A model generated the notes under the pieces. The model was not told where the DNA came from, made no database searches, and saw only the letters and a program-made list of their open reading frames with translations. A stretch of 64,000 nt of DNA from positions 46,013-110,012 of IMG/VR virus record IMGVR_UViG_3300021964_000022, one strand, 5' to 3'. Made by a program: the position numbers and the translations under genes. Numbering within the stretch: the stretch's first letter is position 1; each line of letters starts with the position of its first letter. This stretch comes from a virus. Below, piece by piece: positions 50,201 to 57,308 of this stretch.

Positions 50201-51356
50201 CGCTTAGAGCTTTTTGTATAGTTGCATATGGCGCACCAGGATGTGTACCTCTGTTAAGATCACTTCCGTTACCTTGTGACACAAATATGTTTTTTACATC
50301 TTTTGTTAATCTTACACCTTGATAGATAATATCAATAACATTTAGATAATTTGTTTCAAGTGTGTTTGCATATAAACTAAATCTTTTTCCAGGATCTGGT
50401 CCTGTACTATCGTCATCTCGTCCTAATGAATAGGTTAAGTCAGCATCGGGTACTATTGGATTTTTAAATTCTGCAAAAAATCTTGCACTATCAGTACTGT
50501 CGTCACCAATAGTTAGTGTACTGCCGCCATAGGTAATATTACCTGATGCATGTATATTTCCTGTTACATTTAAAGTTCCGCCTGTTTGTAATTGAAGTTG
50601 TCTTGGATAACTATCAGGATAGTTTGCAATAATATAATTTTTTAATGCAGTTGGATTAGGATGATCTGCTAGTGTTCTTGATGCTTGAAAATATGTTCCT
50701 CCACTAAATTGAGTATTAAGTGTAAGTGTTTTAAGGACATCATCGGCTTGAATATCACCGTCTTGGTCCCAGTCAAATACATCTAATTCTGTTGACGTAA
50801 ATGGAGCACCTCTGGTTGAAATAGATTGGGCTTCTGCATATAATCTGTCACCATCATTATCTACTGCTGATGCACTATTTTTTGGACCTGGATACCAATA
50901 TGTACCGTAATTGCCGTTACCATTCCATGCCTCAGTTTGTCCAGCAACGTATGTAGATCTAAATCCTAAATTACCGTTTGTATTTAATGCTTCAATTGCA
51001 CCGTTAGCCTTTACTGCAAAGTTTAAACTACCTATACCACCTGCTGATATAAATCCGTCAGCATGTGTTGATTCTAAAGTAATGTTTCCAGTTGGTGCTG
51101 TGGCGCCGGTTGTACTAACTGTAAGGTCTCCTACAGTTAAACTATTACCAAATATGATGTCTGGATCACTATTGCCCGAAGCTGTACGTAGTGTACCATT
51201 AATTGTTAAATTTCTTGGAGTTGTATTTGTATTAACACCTAAAGTGCCGTCACGTTTAATGACAAGTAGATCAGTATCAAACTTTAGATCTGCTAATTCT
51301 CTTTGTAGGTTTGCGGCAAGTAACTGGCCGCCAATTCTTTGGACCTGTATTGGCAT
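47295..51356 (-). CDS. Tail structural protein, paralogue of 43452-47159 (1353 aa)
   Basis: Shared RI.G.LL...L.R...DL.F.TDLL N-terminus, GYAFRF, RSPY.N, RVEWLNSFSY, E.RSIASA.VYG modules. Confidence 0.7.
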   Translation of the reverse strand: MPIQVQRIGGQLLAANLQRELADLKFDTDLLVIKRDGTLGVNTNTTPRNLTINGTLRTASGNSDPDIIFGNSLTVGDLTVSTTGATAPTGNITLESTHADGFISAGGIGSLNFAVKANGAIEALNTNGNLGFRSTYVAGQTEAWNGNGNYGTYWYPGPKNSASAVDNDGDRLYAEAQSISTRGAPFTSTELDVFDWDQDGDIQADDVLKTLTLNTQFSGGTYFQASRTLADHPNPTALKNYIIANYPDSYPRQLQLQTGGTLNVTGNIHASGNITYGGSTLTIGDDSTDSARFFAEFKNPIVPDADLTYSLGRDDDSTGPDPGKRFSLYANTLETNYLNVIDIIYQGVRLTKDVKNIFVSQGNGSDLNRGTHPGAPYATIQKALSVATSDTIVNIYPGQYQEAFPLTVPQGVSIQGDTIRGVEVYPTTATQSEDAFLIEGETTIENITIKDFFYDSGNDKGYAFRFKENASIMERSPYIKNCTVLTKGTAISASDPRGFGSGDAGKGCLVDGSAVTQASPRASMLFYGVTFITPGVDALTMRDGVRVEWLNSFSYFANHGILIEQGTVGNLLPDSTRIFGGELRSIASAAVYGNYGIKSDGADCLAYVINGNFAYIGAGKDLSNDNTLTIDANKVVEANSGKVYYTSQDEAGNFNVGDLFSVDQKNGRTSFDIESIFASNSVVRILTDTSEVFIDSNRLSLDNIVVTGNTIYSTNADLNLKSATTEINFNGNVNTTGNFDITGNGVINGSIITIGDDPTDTIDFNTPFSQNLVPGSSEGNVLGTEDLAWRTGYGSQVNVNDIRLTPTTISTTDSNSNLEFRANGTGSVNFENVELKDNKIIGRFSPTGEFTIIETDENVIPIFNSFESLKQYFPYCIVWNNIPIFATASVSRDALFHTANLIAGYFDNDYDNVIDNSTLYAEFSDGLKGIAIYGNVADETAITSALGNWKLRTTSVYENEMNGFLGDSVGGLRDVTLERLLRYFIIEKGYVNAYSDLGTSRPTVLTAAMDIARGGYQAGGLPGYSYPDFAWYTDPIGISYDKLVVEYLYLGISSYAGSQAWRSGDSTLTNKWSTYTRAILEATDTTIIPIIENETYDFPLTQPVLDYWTTVTNNVGGTNRDVEISVTNSLKMDATSNLTLSKGTNAQRPSTTGAIRYNTVYDSFEGVVGGGAVSLAGIFDTDRNTFLDLSNNQFQFTTNNVTNHTLNGTLLESNGFSSGNQFYIDGNTVSAVSDNQNVILRSNGTGTTNIETLTFRDSILTDTTNAPTFSFNLTNDNGEAFVKFDNVSGMVVPFGTDAQRPSTPEVGHTRFSTTNEYLETYNGTQWINAAGQVEAILEEDVSDLSFLWNIILD

Positions 51357-51386
51357 TGTAACTCCTCTATGTTGTATTTATAGGAA

Positions 51387-51908
51387 TTACTTGTCAAAGT
51401 TATGTAGTATATTAACAGGTTTTCCTGAAGGTACTGGAGTACCAAATACAATATACCAGCCAGTGGCATATGGAGCATTAGGTCCTGCTGAAGGATTTTG
51501 TACCAGTGTATAGTTACTAACTGGTAACTGAAAAACGTTTTCAACAAAAACTAAAACATTAGCTTCTGCAATTGGTACAGGGTAAAAACTATCACCACTA
51601 TTTAATGGACCAAAGGTTGTTTCAGTTCCGTCGCCGTCACCTAAATTTTGATTTGTTATAGTAACAGGTTCTCTAAAACGTATTGGTTTCCAAACTGAAC
51701 CTTGATAAACTTCAAAGTTATTTTCATCTGTATTGTATCTTATTAAACCTTCTTCTGCTGTAAAAGGTCTTTTATTTTGAGGACCTTTTGGAATTAGTAA
51801 ACTGTTTTCACTTTCCATTCGTACTTGTCCAGATACATCATTATTAATGCCTTCTGAATATGCCCCCATTTGTCTAGGATTTAATCTGTGACTTTTTAAA
51901 AATCTCAT
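51387..51908 (-). CDS. Tail structural protein
   Basis: PKG...RP....G.IRYNT....FE.Y fibre motif; GDG.ETTF, LVFVENVFQ.P. Confidence 0.6.
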   Translation of the reverse strand: MRFLKSHRLNPRQMGAYSEGINNDVSGQVRMESENSLLIPKGPQNKRPFTAEEGLIRYNTDENNFEVYQGSVWKPIRFREPVTITNQNLGDGDGTETTFGPLNSGDSFYPVPIAEANVLVFVENVFQLPVSNYTLVQNPSAGPNAPYATGWYIVFGTPVPSGKPVNILHNFDK

Positions 51909-52240
51909 TAAACTTCCAAATAACTTACTGTAGCAGATAAGTTTGCTGGTGCTTGACTAACTAACACTACAGTATCTCCTGCATCAATTACTATTTTTTC
52001 AGTATCAAATGTAAATGTATCTGCACCTTGTACAGTTATATTGTTACAGATTTGATTCTGTGCACCTTTTGCTTGACCGCTTTTGATAATATGCAGATCA
52101 AATGATGTATCATTATTACCACTAACGTCATATGTTGCAGTATTGCACACAAGTAAAGTAGTAATAGCGAAAGTTTTACTAGCTGGTACAGTTAATAATG
52201 TTGTATCTGTTAATCCTATTGTTGCGTTTGCTATTGCCAT
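51908..52240 (-). CDS. Small beta-sandwich virion protein
   Basis: LTVP...AITTLLVCN; paralogue of 32182-32505. Confidence 0.55.
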   Translation of the reverse strand: MAIANATIGLTDTTLLTVPASKTFAITTLLVCNTATYDVSGNNDTSFDLHIIKSGQAKGAQNQICNNITVQGADTFTFDTEKIVIDAGDTVVLVSQAPANLSATVSYLEV

Positions 52241-52254
52241 CTTTTTTCTTTCCT

Positions 52255-53199
52255 TTAAAACAACATACTGTATAGTAGTGATCTATTTCTACCTACTACT
52301 TCGTCAGTTTTATTGTTTGTATTTACATAATATAATCCTGTATCACCAAAACCTGGAGTATCACCATATAGTATTACTCCATCACTTGCCGCAGGAACAC
52401 TTGCTTGATTAGGTAATTTTAATACACTTTCTAAAGTTATTGGAGCTGAACCAAAGTTTCCTAATACAAATTCGTTACCACTAGTTGCATTACGTATTCT
52501 ATTACCTTCAAATTCAAACCCTTCAATCTCTGTAATTTGTGGTCCAAATGTTGCTACTACACTATTATCGATCTTAATCTCAAAGTTACTAACTCCGCCA
52601 TCGATACTACTGTCTGATAATTCAACTTTTGAATCAGCCTGTGTAATACTTTTAATTGTAATAGTTTGAATACCTGCTACAATCGCATCATCAACATATT
52701 TTTTATTTGTTAAAATGTCATCAGTTGTAACTTGATTTTCGTAATCAGCTGTTCCGTCTACTCTTACTACTCCGTTACCAGAATTAATTAAGTTTAGATC
52801 GCCTCCACCTGTTGAAATAGAATTTACTCTTAATCCAATCAGTGCATTGTTTGCATCTCTAAAAGTAAATGCACCTGTCTTATTTGTATTAGTTATAGGA
52901 TCATTGTATGATAAAGTTTCATCAAACAAGATATTGACATCTGTTTCTGTACCTCTATCAATACGTAATCCAGCTGTATTAAGTGTAACTCCAGCACCTG
53001 TTTCACCATTGTTTACTTCAATGATGTTGTCTCTAACAATTAAGTTTTCAGACTGTACTGTTGTTGTATCACCTTCAACAACTAAATCTCCTGTAACTTT
53101 AACATATCCAGTTTCTGTACCTGTGTTAAGAGTTATAACTCCGCCACTTTGTACGCTTACTGTATAGTCACCGTTGGGTATATTTACAAATTTTGACAT
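52255..53199 (-). CDS. Tail structural protein
   Basis: GDLVVEGDTTTV.S....V.DNII, AGL.IDRG, NKKYVD fibre motifs. Confidence 0.6.
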   Translation of the reverse strand: MSKFVNIPNGDYTVSVQSGGVITLNTGTETGYVKVTGDLVVEGDTTTVQSENLIVRDNIIEVNNGETGAGVTLNTAGLRIDRGTETDVNILFDETLSYNDPITNTNKTGAFTFRDANNALIGLRVNSISTGGGDLNLINSGNGVVRVDGTADYENQVTTDDILTNKKYVDDAIVAGIQTITIKSITQADSKVELSDSSIDGGVSNFEIKIDNSVVATFGPQITEIEGFEFEGNRIRNATSGNEFVLGNFGSAPITLESVLKLPNQASVPAASDGVILYGDTPGFGDTGLYYVNTNNKTDEVVGRNRSLLYSMLF

Positions 53200-53214
53200 T
53201 CAAGATCCTCTATT

Positions 53215-53236
53215 ATAAGGGGCCGTAGCCCCTTAT
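53215..53236 (-). terminator. Stem-loop with cUACGg tetraloop (terminator or processing/stability element)
   Basis: ATAAGGGGC-TACG-GCCCCTTAT; no strong U-tract. Confidence 0.55.
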
Positions 53237-53243
53237 TCTAAAC

Positions 53244-53600
53244 TTATATTGCTGTTAGTACCAATAAAGATTCACTTGAATCGTCTTGTGCTTCCCATGT
53301 ATAAGCATTGCCATTCCAGTCAATTGCTTTTCTATTAAACAATTTACTTAAAATAGTTGCTGTACCACCTGGTGCAATACCAACAAGCGATGCTTCGCCT
53401 GCCGCATTAGGTGCAATTTCGTTAACAAGTCTACAAACATATGTAGTTGACCCGTCAGTTGTAACAGTAAATTTATTTGATCCTTTTTGATTTACAATGT
53501 ATCCTTCAACACTAGCTGAACCATTGTGATATCTTACCGGAATCGTTGCCGCCGCGGCGCCTGTTGCACCGAAGTTTCTTTTATTAATTGGACGTCCCAT
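53244..53600 (-). CDS. Conserved-looking late (probably virion) protein
   Basis: MGRPINKRNFG N-terminus, GYIVNQKGSNKF; strong RBS AAAGGAG. Confidence 0.6.
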   Translation of the reverse strand: MGRPINKRNFGATGAAAATIPVRYHNGSASVEGYIVNQKGSNKFTVTTDGSTTYVCRLVNEIAPNAAGEASLVGIAPGGTATILSKLFNRKAIDWNGNAYTWEAQDDSSESLLVLTAI

Positions 53601-53616
53601 TTTTTTCTCCTTTGTT

Positions 53617-53680
53617 ACGTTCTAGGTAATACGCGGTGGATTTCCGCATAAAGTATGTACCTACATACTACTAGACACAT
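53617..53680 (-). ncRNA. Candidate three-way-junction cis-regulatory RNA in 5' UTR
   Basis: P1 AUGU-G-UCUAG/CUAGA-ACGU, P2 AGUAUGU/ACAUACU, P3 UAUGCGG/CCGCGUA, between TAAATA (53682-53687) and the SD. Confidence 0.55.
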
Positions 53681-53719
53681 GTATTTATCATTTAACAGCA
53701 TTAAGGAAAAATAGTCAAG

Positions 53720-53744
53720 AAAAAAGACTCCGAAGAGTCTTTTT
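53720..53744 (-). terminator. Intrinsic terminator (cUUCGg loop)
   Basis: AAAAAGACTC-TTCG-GAGTCTTTTTT. Confidence 0.85.
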
Positions 53745-53749
53745 AAATT

Positions 53750-53965
53750 ATAAGCAAAATAGGTAGGACTTGGTTACACCTACAAGCACGTACCCGAATA
53801 CCATTCTAATACGTACAACCTAACCCCGCTAGTGACTGCGATGTGATACTGCGTATTTCTACTACAGCACCTGGGTACCACCCCTGGCTAGTCAAGTTCG
53901 ACCCTTCTGGTAAAGGCCTCTTCCTTGCACTATAAACAAAAATTAATTACTTTTTTGTTGCTTAT
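53750..53965 (-). ncRNA. Candidate stand-alone non-coding RNA (~215 nt)
   Basis: Flanked by a sigma70 promoter and a terminator, no credible ORF, GC-rich core, 5' AUAAGCAA pairs with 3' UUGCUUAU, several internal hairpins. Confidence 0.6.
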
Positions 53966-53971
53966 GTACTT

Positions 53972-54000
53972 AATATAACAGACTTTATATATAAAGTCAA
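53972..54000 (-). promoter_or_regulatory. Sigma70-type (early) promoter with overlapping 18-bp palindrome
   Basis: TTGACT-17 nt-TATATT with TGn extension and upstream A-tracts; perfect palindrome GACTTTATATATAAAGTC at 53981-53998. Confidence 0.8.
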
Positions 54001-54060
54001 CCTCTTTTTTACCAAAATATTAAATTTTTTGTAATCTAGGTAGATACTAATATAGTTTGA

Positions 54061-54210
54061 CTATTTCTTGTTTACAAGTGTATTGTAATGATGTAAGCGT
54101 TGTTGCAGTAGTTCACGTGCCATAGGGTCACGTTCACGCTTTAACTGATCCAATATCTGCTTGCGTATGTCACTAGGACGTTGATGTGTGTTTTTCTTTT
54201 TGTTTTTCAT
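54061..54210 (-). CDS. Small basic helical protein, 49 aa (not in ORF track)
   Basis: MKNKKKNTHQRPSDIRKQILDQLKRERDPMARELLQQRLHHYNTLVNKK; fills the intergenic gap, no clear SD. Confidence 0.45.
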   Translation of the reverse strand: MKNKKKNTHQRPSDIRKQILDQLKRERDPMARELLQQRLHHYNTLVNKK

Positions 54211-54217
54211 TTATGTG

Positions 54218-54243
54218 TAGGGGGCCTATTATGACCCCCTAGT
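54218..54243 (-). terminator. GC-rich stem-loop right after the riboswitch-controlled peptide
   Basis: TAGGGGG-TCATAATAGG-CCCCCTA; no U-tract on the minus strand. Confidence 0.45.
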
Positions 54244-54246
54244 TTG

Positions 54247-54441
54247 CTACCAATTGTTTGTAGAACGTGCTGTGCGATGTGCTAGTACCATACCTTGGTT
54301 AGTACCCTGCTTGACAGCGTATCCACTTGTACCATTTCCGTTCACATTAACTTCACTACGAGATTTCATAAGGATTTTTTCCTTGCGTTCTCTTATTTTT
54401 TGCTCGCGGTATGATTTAAGTAGGTGATCGTATCTGTTCAT
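54247..54441 (-). CDS. Glutamine-riboswitch-associated basic peptide, possible IF7/GifA-like GS inactivating factor
   Basis: 64 aa, SD AAGGAGAG; IRERKEKILMKSRSEV resembles the IF7 core as recalled (IKNRQQSMLSRAAAEI). Confidence 0.55.
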   Translation of the reverse strand: MNRYDHLLKSYREQKIRERKEKILMKSRSEVNVNGNGTSGYAVKQGTNQGMVLAHRTARSTNNW

Positions 54442-54464
54442 TACACTCTCCTTGTTACAGTTAA

Positions 54465-54515
54465 GTGCGTTCCTTCAGCATATTTGCTTACTTCCGGGCT
54501 ATGTCGCCTGAACGT
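54465..54515 (-). promoter_or_regulatory. Glutamine riboswitch (glnA RNA motif, glutamine-I)
   Basis: ACGUUCA-GGC-GACAUA-GCC-CGGAAGUA-AGCA-AAUA-UGCU-GAAGGAACGC: P1 CGUUC/GAACG, P2, E-loop, P3 and trailing C all as in the glnA consensus. Confidence 0.9.
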
Positions 54516-54522
54516 TGTATTA

Positions 54523-54894
54523 TTATTTAGTATCTAATACTTGAATAAATTCAGTTTCTCTGTCCAAATATTTAAAGTCAATCTTTACAGGATCAAACTT
54601 ATCTAATGCATCAAATACTATTCGTGTGTCTAAATCACCGCAAGTGTAGACATCTAATTGGATTAGTTTTGGAGATTGTTCGTCCCATATGTGTATTGCT
54701 ACGTGTGATGTTTCAATAATAGTAACACAAGTAAATCCTTTGTTACCTTCCATATCACAATACTTAACATAAGGACCCATCATAATCTTCATACCAATGT
54801 CTCTAATTAAATTAGAAGTCCAATCAGTAATAGTTTGTTCGTATATTGGAGGATTACTTACTTCTGCTCGTACTATTAAATGTTTATGTTTCAT
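54523..54894 (-). CDS. speD: Pyruvoyl-dependent S-adenosylmethionine decarboxylase-family proenzyme
   Basis: HKHLI, GFT.V.IIETSH.AIH.W, LDVYTCG. Confidence 0.85.
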   Translation of the reverse strand: MKHKHLIVRAEVSNPPIYEQTITDWTSNLIRDIGMKIMMGPYVKYCDMEGNKGFTCVTIIETSHVAIHIWDEQSPKLIQLDVYTCGDLDTRIVFDALDKFDPVKIDFKYLDRETEFIQVLDTK

Positions 54895-54958
54895 AAATTA
54901 TTATTTGTATATAATTTATACCTTATTTGCAACAAAAAGTCAACCAGAAAATTTAGCC

Positions 54959-54987
54959 AAAAAAATAGGCGCCGTAGCGCCTATTTT
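54959..54987 (-). terminator. Intrinsic terminator after major capsid gene
   Basis: AAAATAGGCGC-TACG-GCGCCTATTTTTTT. Confidence 0.88.
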
Positions 54988-55009
54988 AATATATTTTTCT
55001 AGTCTAAGA

Positions 55010-56182
55010 TTAGCTAAAGCTAACGTTTGCTGAAGTAATAGCAACTTTAGATAGATAGTCTGCCGCATTACCCAAAGATGATGCAGTGTTTGTTAACTCA
55101 ACATATCCGTATCTAGTCATGAAACTCACAACTGGCTCGAATGATGCCGGGTCAAGTACAACACCACTACTCATTAGTGGAATGTATGGGCAGTAAAACG
55201 CTGGTGCATCTGATTCAGATGAACCTTTGTAACCAACTAATACATCAGCTGTATCAGCCGCATATGAATCAACATAAACACGCATTGCGTTGTTTAGTGT
55301 ACCTACAAACTTAGTGTTTGTTGGTGCTTCAAATGAGCCTTCAGTTGTTCTTGCAAAAGCAGAAGTTGTTGCTGATTGTAGGATTGTCAACGCAAACGGT
55401 GAAACTACTGCGTAGTTACCCGCGCCACGACGTGTACGCTGTGCAATCAAGTTTGCAACTCTGTTGATTTGAACTGCTAAAGCCGCATGTTCGTCACCAA
55501 CGAAAGTAGCAGTACCTGATACTGCGTTTTGATCGTATGTTAGCGCCGCTGATCCTGCTAATGAACGAAGTGATCCTAGGATCTCTTGGTCAATTTCAGC
55601 AGTTATTTCTTGTGCTAGTGCCGCCATAATCTCAGCTTCGATGTCAATGCCCTGTTGAGCTTGTGCATCTTGAGCCGCTTCAAAAGTCCAGCGAGCTGAT
55701 AGCTTTCTAGATTTTGCTTCGACTGTTTGCTTTAAGATTTGGATGCTTAGTCTGTTTCCAGCTGATCCTTCAAGTGCCGCAGTTGCATTTGCTTTACCAG
55801 CATCTGAACCTGCTTCATCGCCGGAATAACCCATTGCGATTTTGAAAGGACTTAAAGCCTCTTCACCTGCGGATGCGTCATCAGCTGTATCGCTGTAACG
55901 TACACGTAGAGTGTGAATTTGGCCCACTGGACCCGTCATTGGTTGTACTCCAACAAGTTCATTTGCGATGACTGTTGGCATTACACGTCTGATAACTGGT
56001 AGGATAACACGATTAAGAGTTGCGACATTACCTGCAGAAGTAGCACCTGCTGTTGCACTCTCAGCCAAATACTTCTTAGTATTCTCAAGTGTAACGTCCA
56101 TTACTGATTTCTTGTGTCCGCTAAGACCTTCAAGTAGGGCACTCTTTGTATCCTGCCAGCGACCGTTTAATAGTTCTGACAT
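55010..56182 (-). CDS. gp23: Major capsid protein (T4 gp23 family)
   Basis: LPVIRR..P..IA..LVGVQPMTGPVGQI..LR, VEAKSRKL.A.WT.E.AQD, EI..EID.EI, FYCPYIPL, SFEP...FMTRYG. Confidence 0.95.
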   Translation of the reverse strand: MSELLNGRWQDTKSALLEGLSGHKKSVMDVTLENTKKYLAESATAGATSAGNVATLNRVILPVIRRVMPTVIANELVGVQPMTGPVGQIHTLRVRYSDTADDASAGEEALSPFKIAMGYSGDEAGSDAGKANATAALEGSAGNRLSIQILKQTVEAKSRKLSARWTFEAAQDAQAQQGIDIEAEIMAALAQEITAEIDQEILGSLRSLAGSAALTYDQNAVSGTATFVGDEHAALAVQINRVANLIAQRTRRGAGNYAVVSPFALTILQSATTSAFARTTEGSFEAPTNTKFVGTLNNAMRVYVDSYAADTADVLVGYKGSSESDAPAFYCPYIPLMSSGVVLDPASFEPVVSFMTRYGYVELTNTASSLGNAADYLSKVAITSANVSFS

Positions 56183-56193
56183 AGTTTTTCTCC

Positions 56194-57294
56194 TTATTTG
56201 ATTCCCGCTAGGCGTTTAATGTCAACTACATTACTGTAGCTTTGCATAGCGTCATTACTATCGATAGTTTCTTTTCTGTTGCCTGTTATTTCTTTGCCTT
56301 CTGTGAGTGTCGCCTTCTTCTTCGCTGGAGTGTTACCCGCTAAAACTGCTGGTAGGTACTTATCAAAAGAACCTTGTAATTTTGCAGTTTGAACTGATTC
56401 CAGTAAGTCTGTCATTATTTCTTTTTGGTCTCTGTTAAGAGGTCCAACAAGACTGTTTAGTACTTCGTTGCGTTCAACAAGATCTTTTGCACGTTTAATT
56501 TCAGCATTTTTGCTTTCAACTAGTAGTGCCTTTTCATCTGCTAACGCTTTTGCTTCAGCCAGTTGTTTGTCTTTTACGTCAACAACTTTCAACAATTTAG
56601 CTGTTTCTGACTTTTCGTTAAGATAGGAATTAGTATATTCGTTGCTAAACGCTTCGAATAATCTACGTCCAAAGTCATTTCTGCGAGCTGATTCAATATC
56701 TTCTTTAAGAGTTTTAATCTCTTTATTAAGACCTTTATCAACTGCTTCCATTACAGCTTTTGAAGATTTTTGGATGAAGTCTGCTTTCACTTTTTGTAAG
56801 TGAGACTTAGCTTCGCGTACTAAACGAACTTTTGTTTCTGCTAAATCTTTCTTATCTTCGTAGAATTCTGCAAGTTCTTTACTTAGAGCTTCAACAATAA
56901 ATTCTTCGAGCTTGGAAAAGTTTCCGGCCATAGCCTTTTGATCTTCATGAAGTTCTCCGACTTCTTTGCCTAACTGATGTAGAACAAATTCTTTTAGTTT
57001 GCCAGCGTTTTCACGCATAGCAACTGCATATTTTGCTCTTGCTTCTGCTAGTTGCTTACGATCTTCTGCAAGCTCTGCAATTTCTTCGGATAGTTTTGAC
57101 TCAAGCATTTTATCAACTGCTTCAGTCATTAACGATTTGTCATGCTCGTATTTTTGAGCAAACTCTTCACGGAGTTCAGCCGTTGCCGCTAGACGGTTTT
57201 CTTTAACCTTCTGTTCCCACGCTTCTTGAATCTCTGCTTTAACTTCTTCGCTAAGTGCAGTTCCTTCAAAGAGTGTTTTTAATGCATCCAACAT
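56194..57294 (-). CDS. gp22: Prohead scaffolding/core protein
   Basis: Coiled-coil E/K-rich protein between protease and MCP. Confidence 0.8.
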   Translation of the reverse strand: MLDALKTLFEGTALSEEVKAEIQEAWEQKVKENRLAATAELREEFAQKYEHDKSLMTEAVDKMLESKLSEEIAELAEDRKQLAEARAKYAVAMRENAGKLKEFVLHQLGKEVGELHEDQKAMAGNFSKLEEFIVEALSKELAEFYEDKKDLAETKVRLVREAKSHLQKVKADFIQKSSKAVMEAVDKGLNKEIKTLKEDIESARRNDFGRRLFEAFSNEYTNSYLNEKSETAKLLKVVDVKDKQLAEAKALADEKALLVESKNAEIKRAKDLVERNEVLNSLVGPLNRDQKEIMTDLLESVQTAKLQGSFDKYLPAVLAGNTPAKKKATLTEGKEITGNRKETIDSNDAMQSYSNVVDIKRLAGIK

Positions 57295-57308
57295 TTATTT
57301 CTCCTTAA

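Noticed and set aside
50911-51513. 200-aa plus-strand ORF and similar antisense ORFs within tail genes (e.g. 7433-7768, 44281-44712, 62580-62960)
   Set aside because: Mirror frames of strongly biased minus-strand genes; no expression signals
53750-53800. GTAGG...CCTAC hairpin resembling a tRNA T-arm
   Set aside because: 11-nt loop without TTC, no cloverleaf or CCA; no tRNA gene could be supported anywhere in the window
53870-53890. GGGGTGGTACC resembling a T-box antiterminator bulge
   Set aside because: No GCG continuation, no complementary strand, no Stem I, and no downstream gene in the unit
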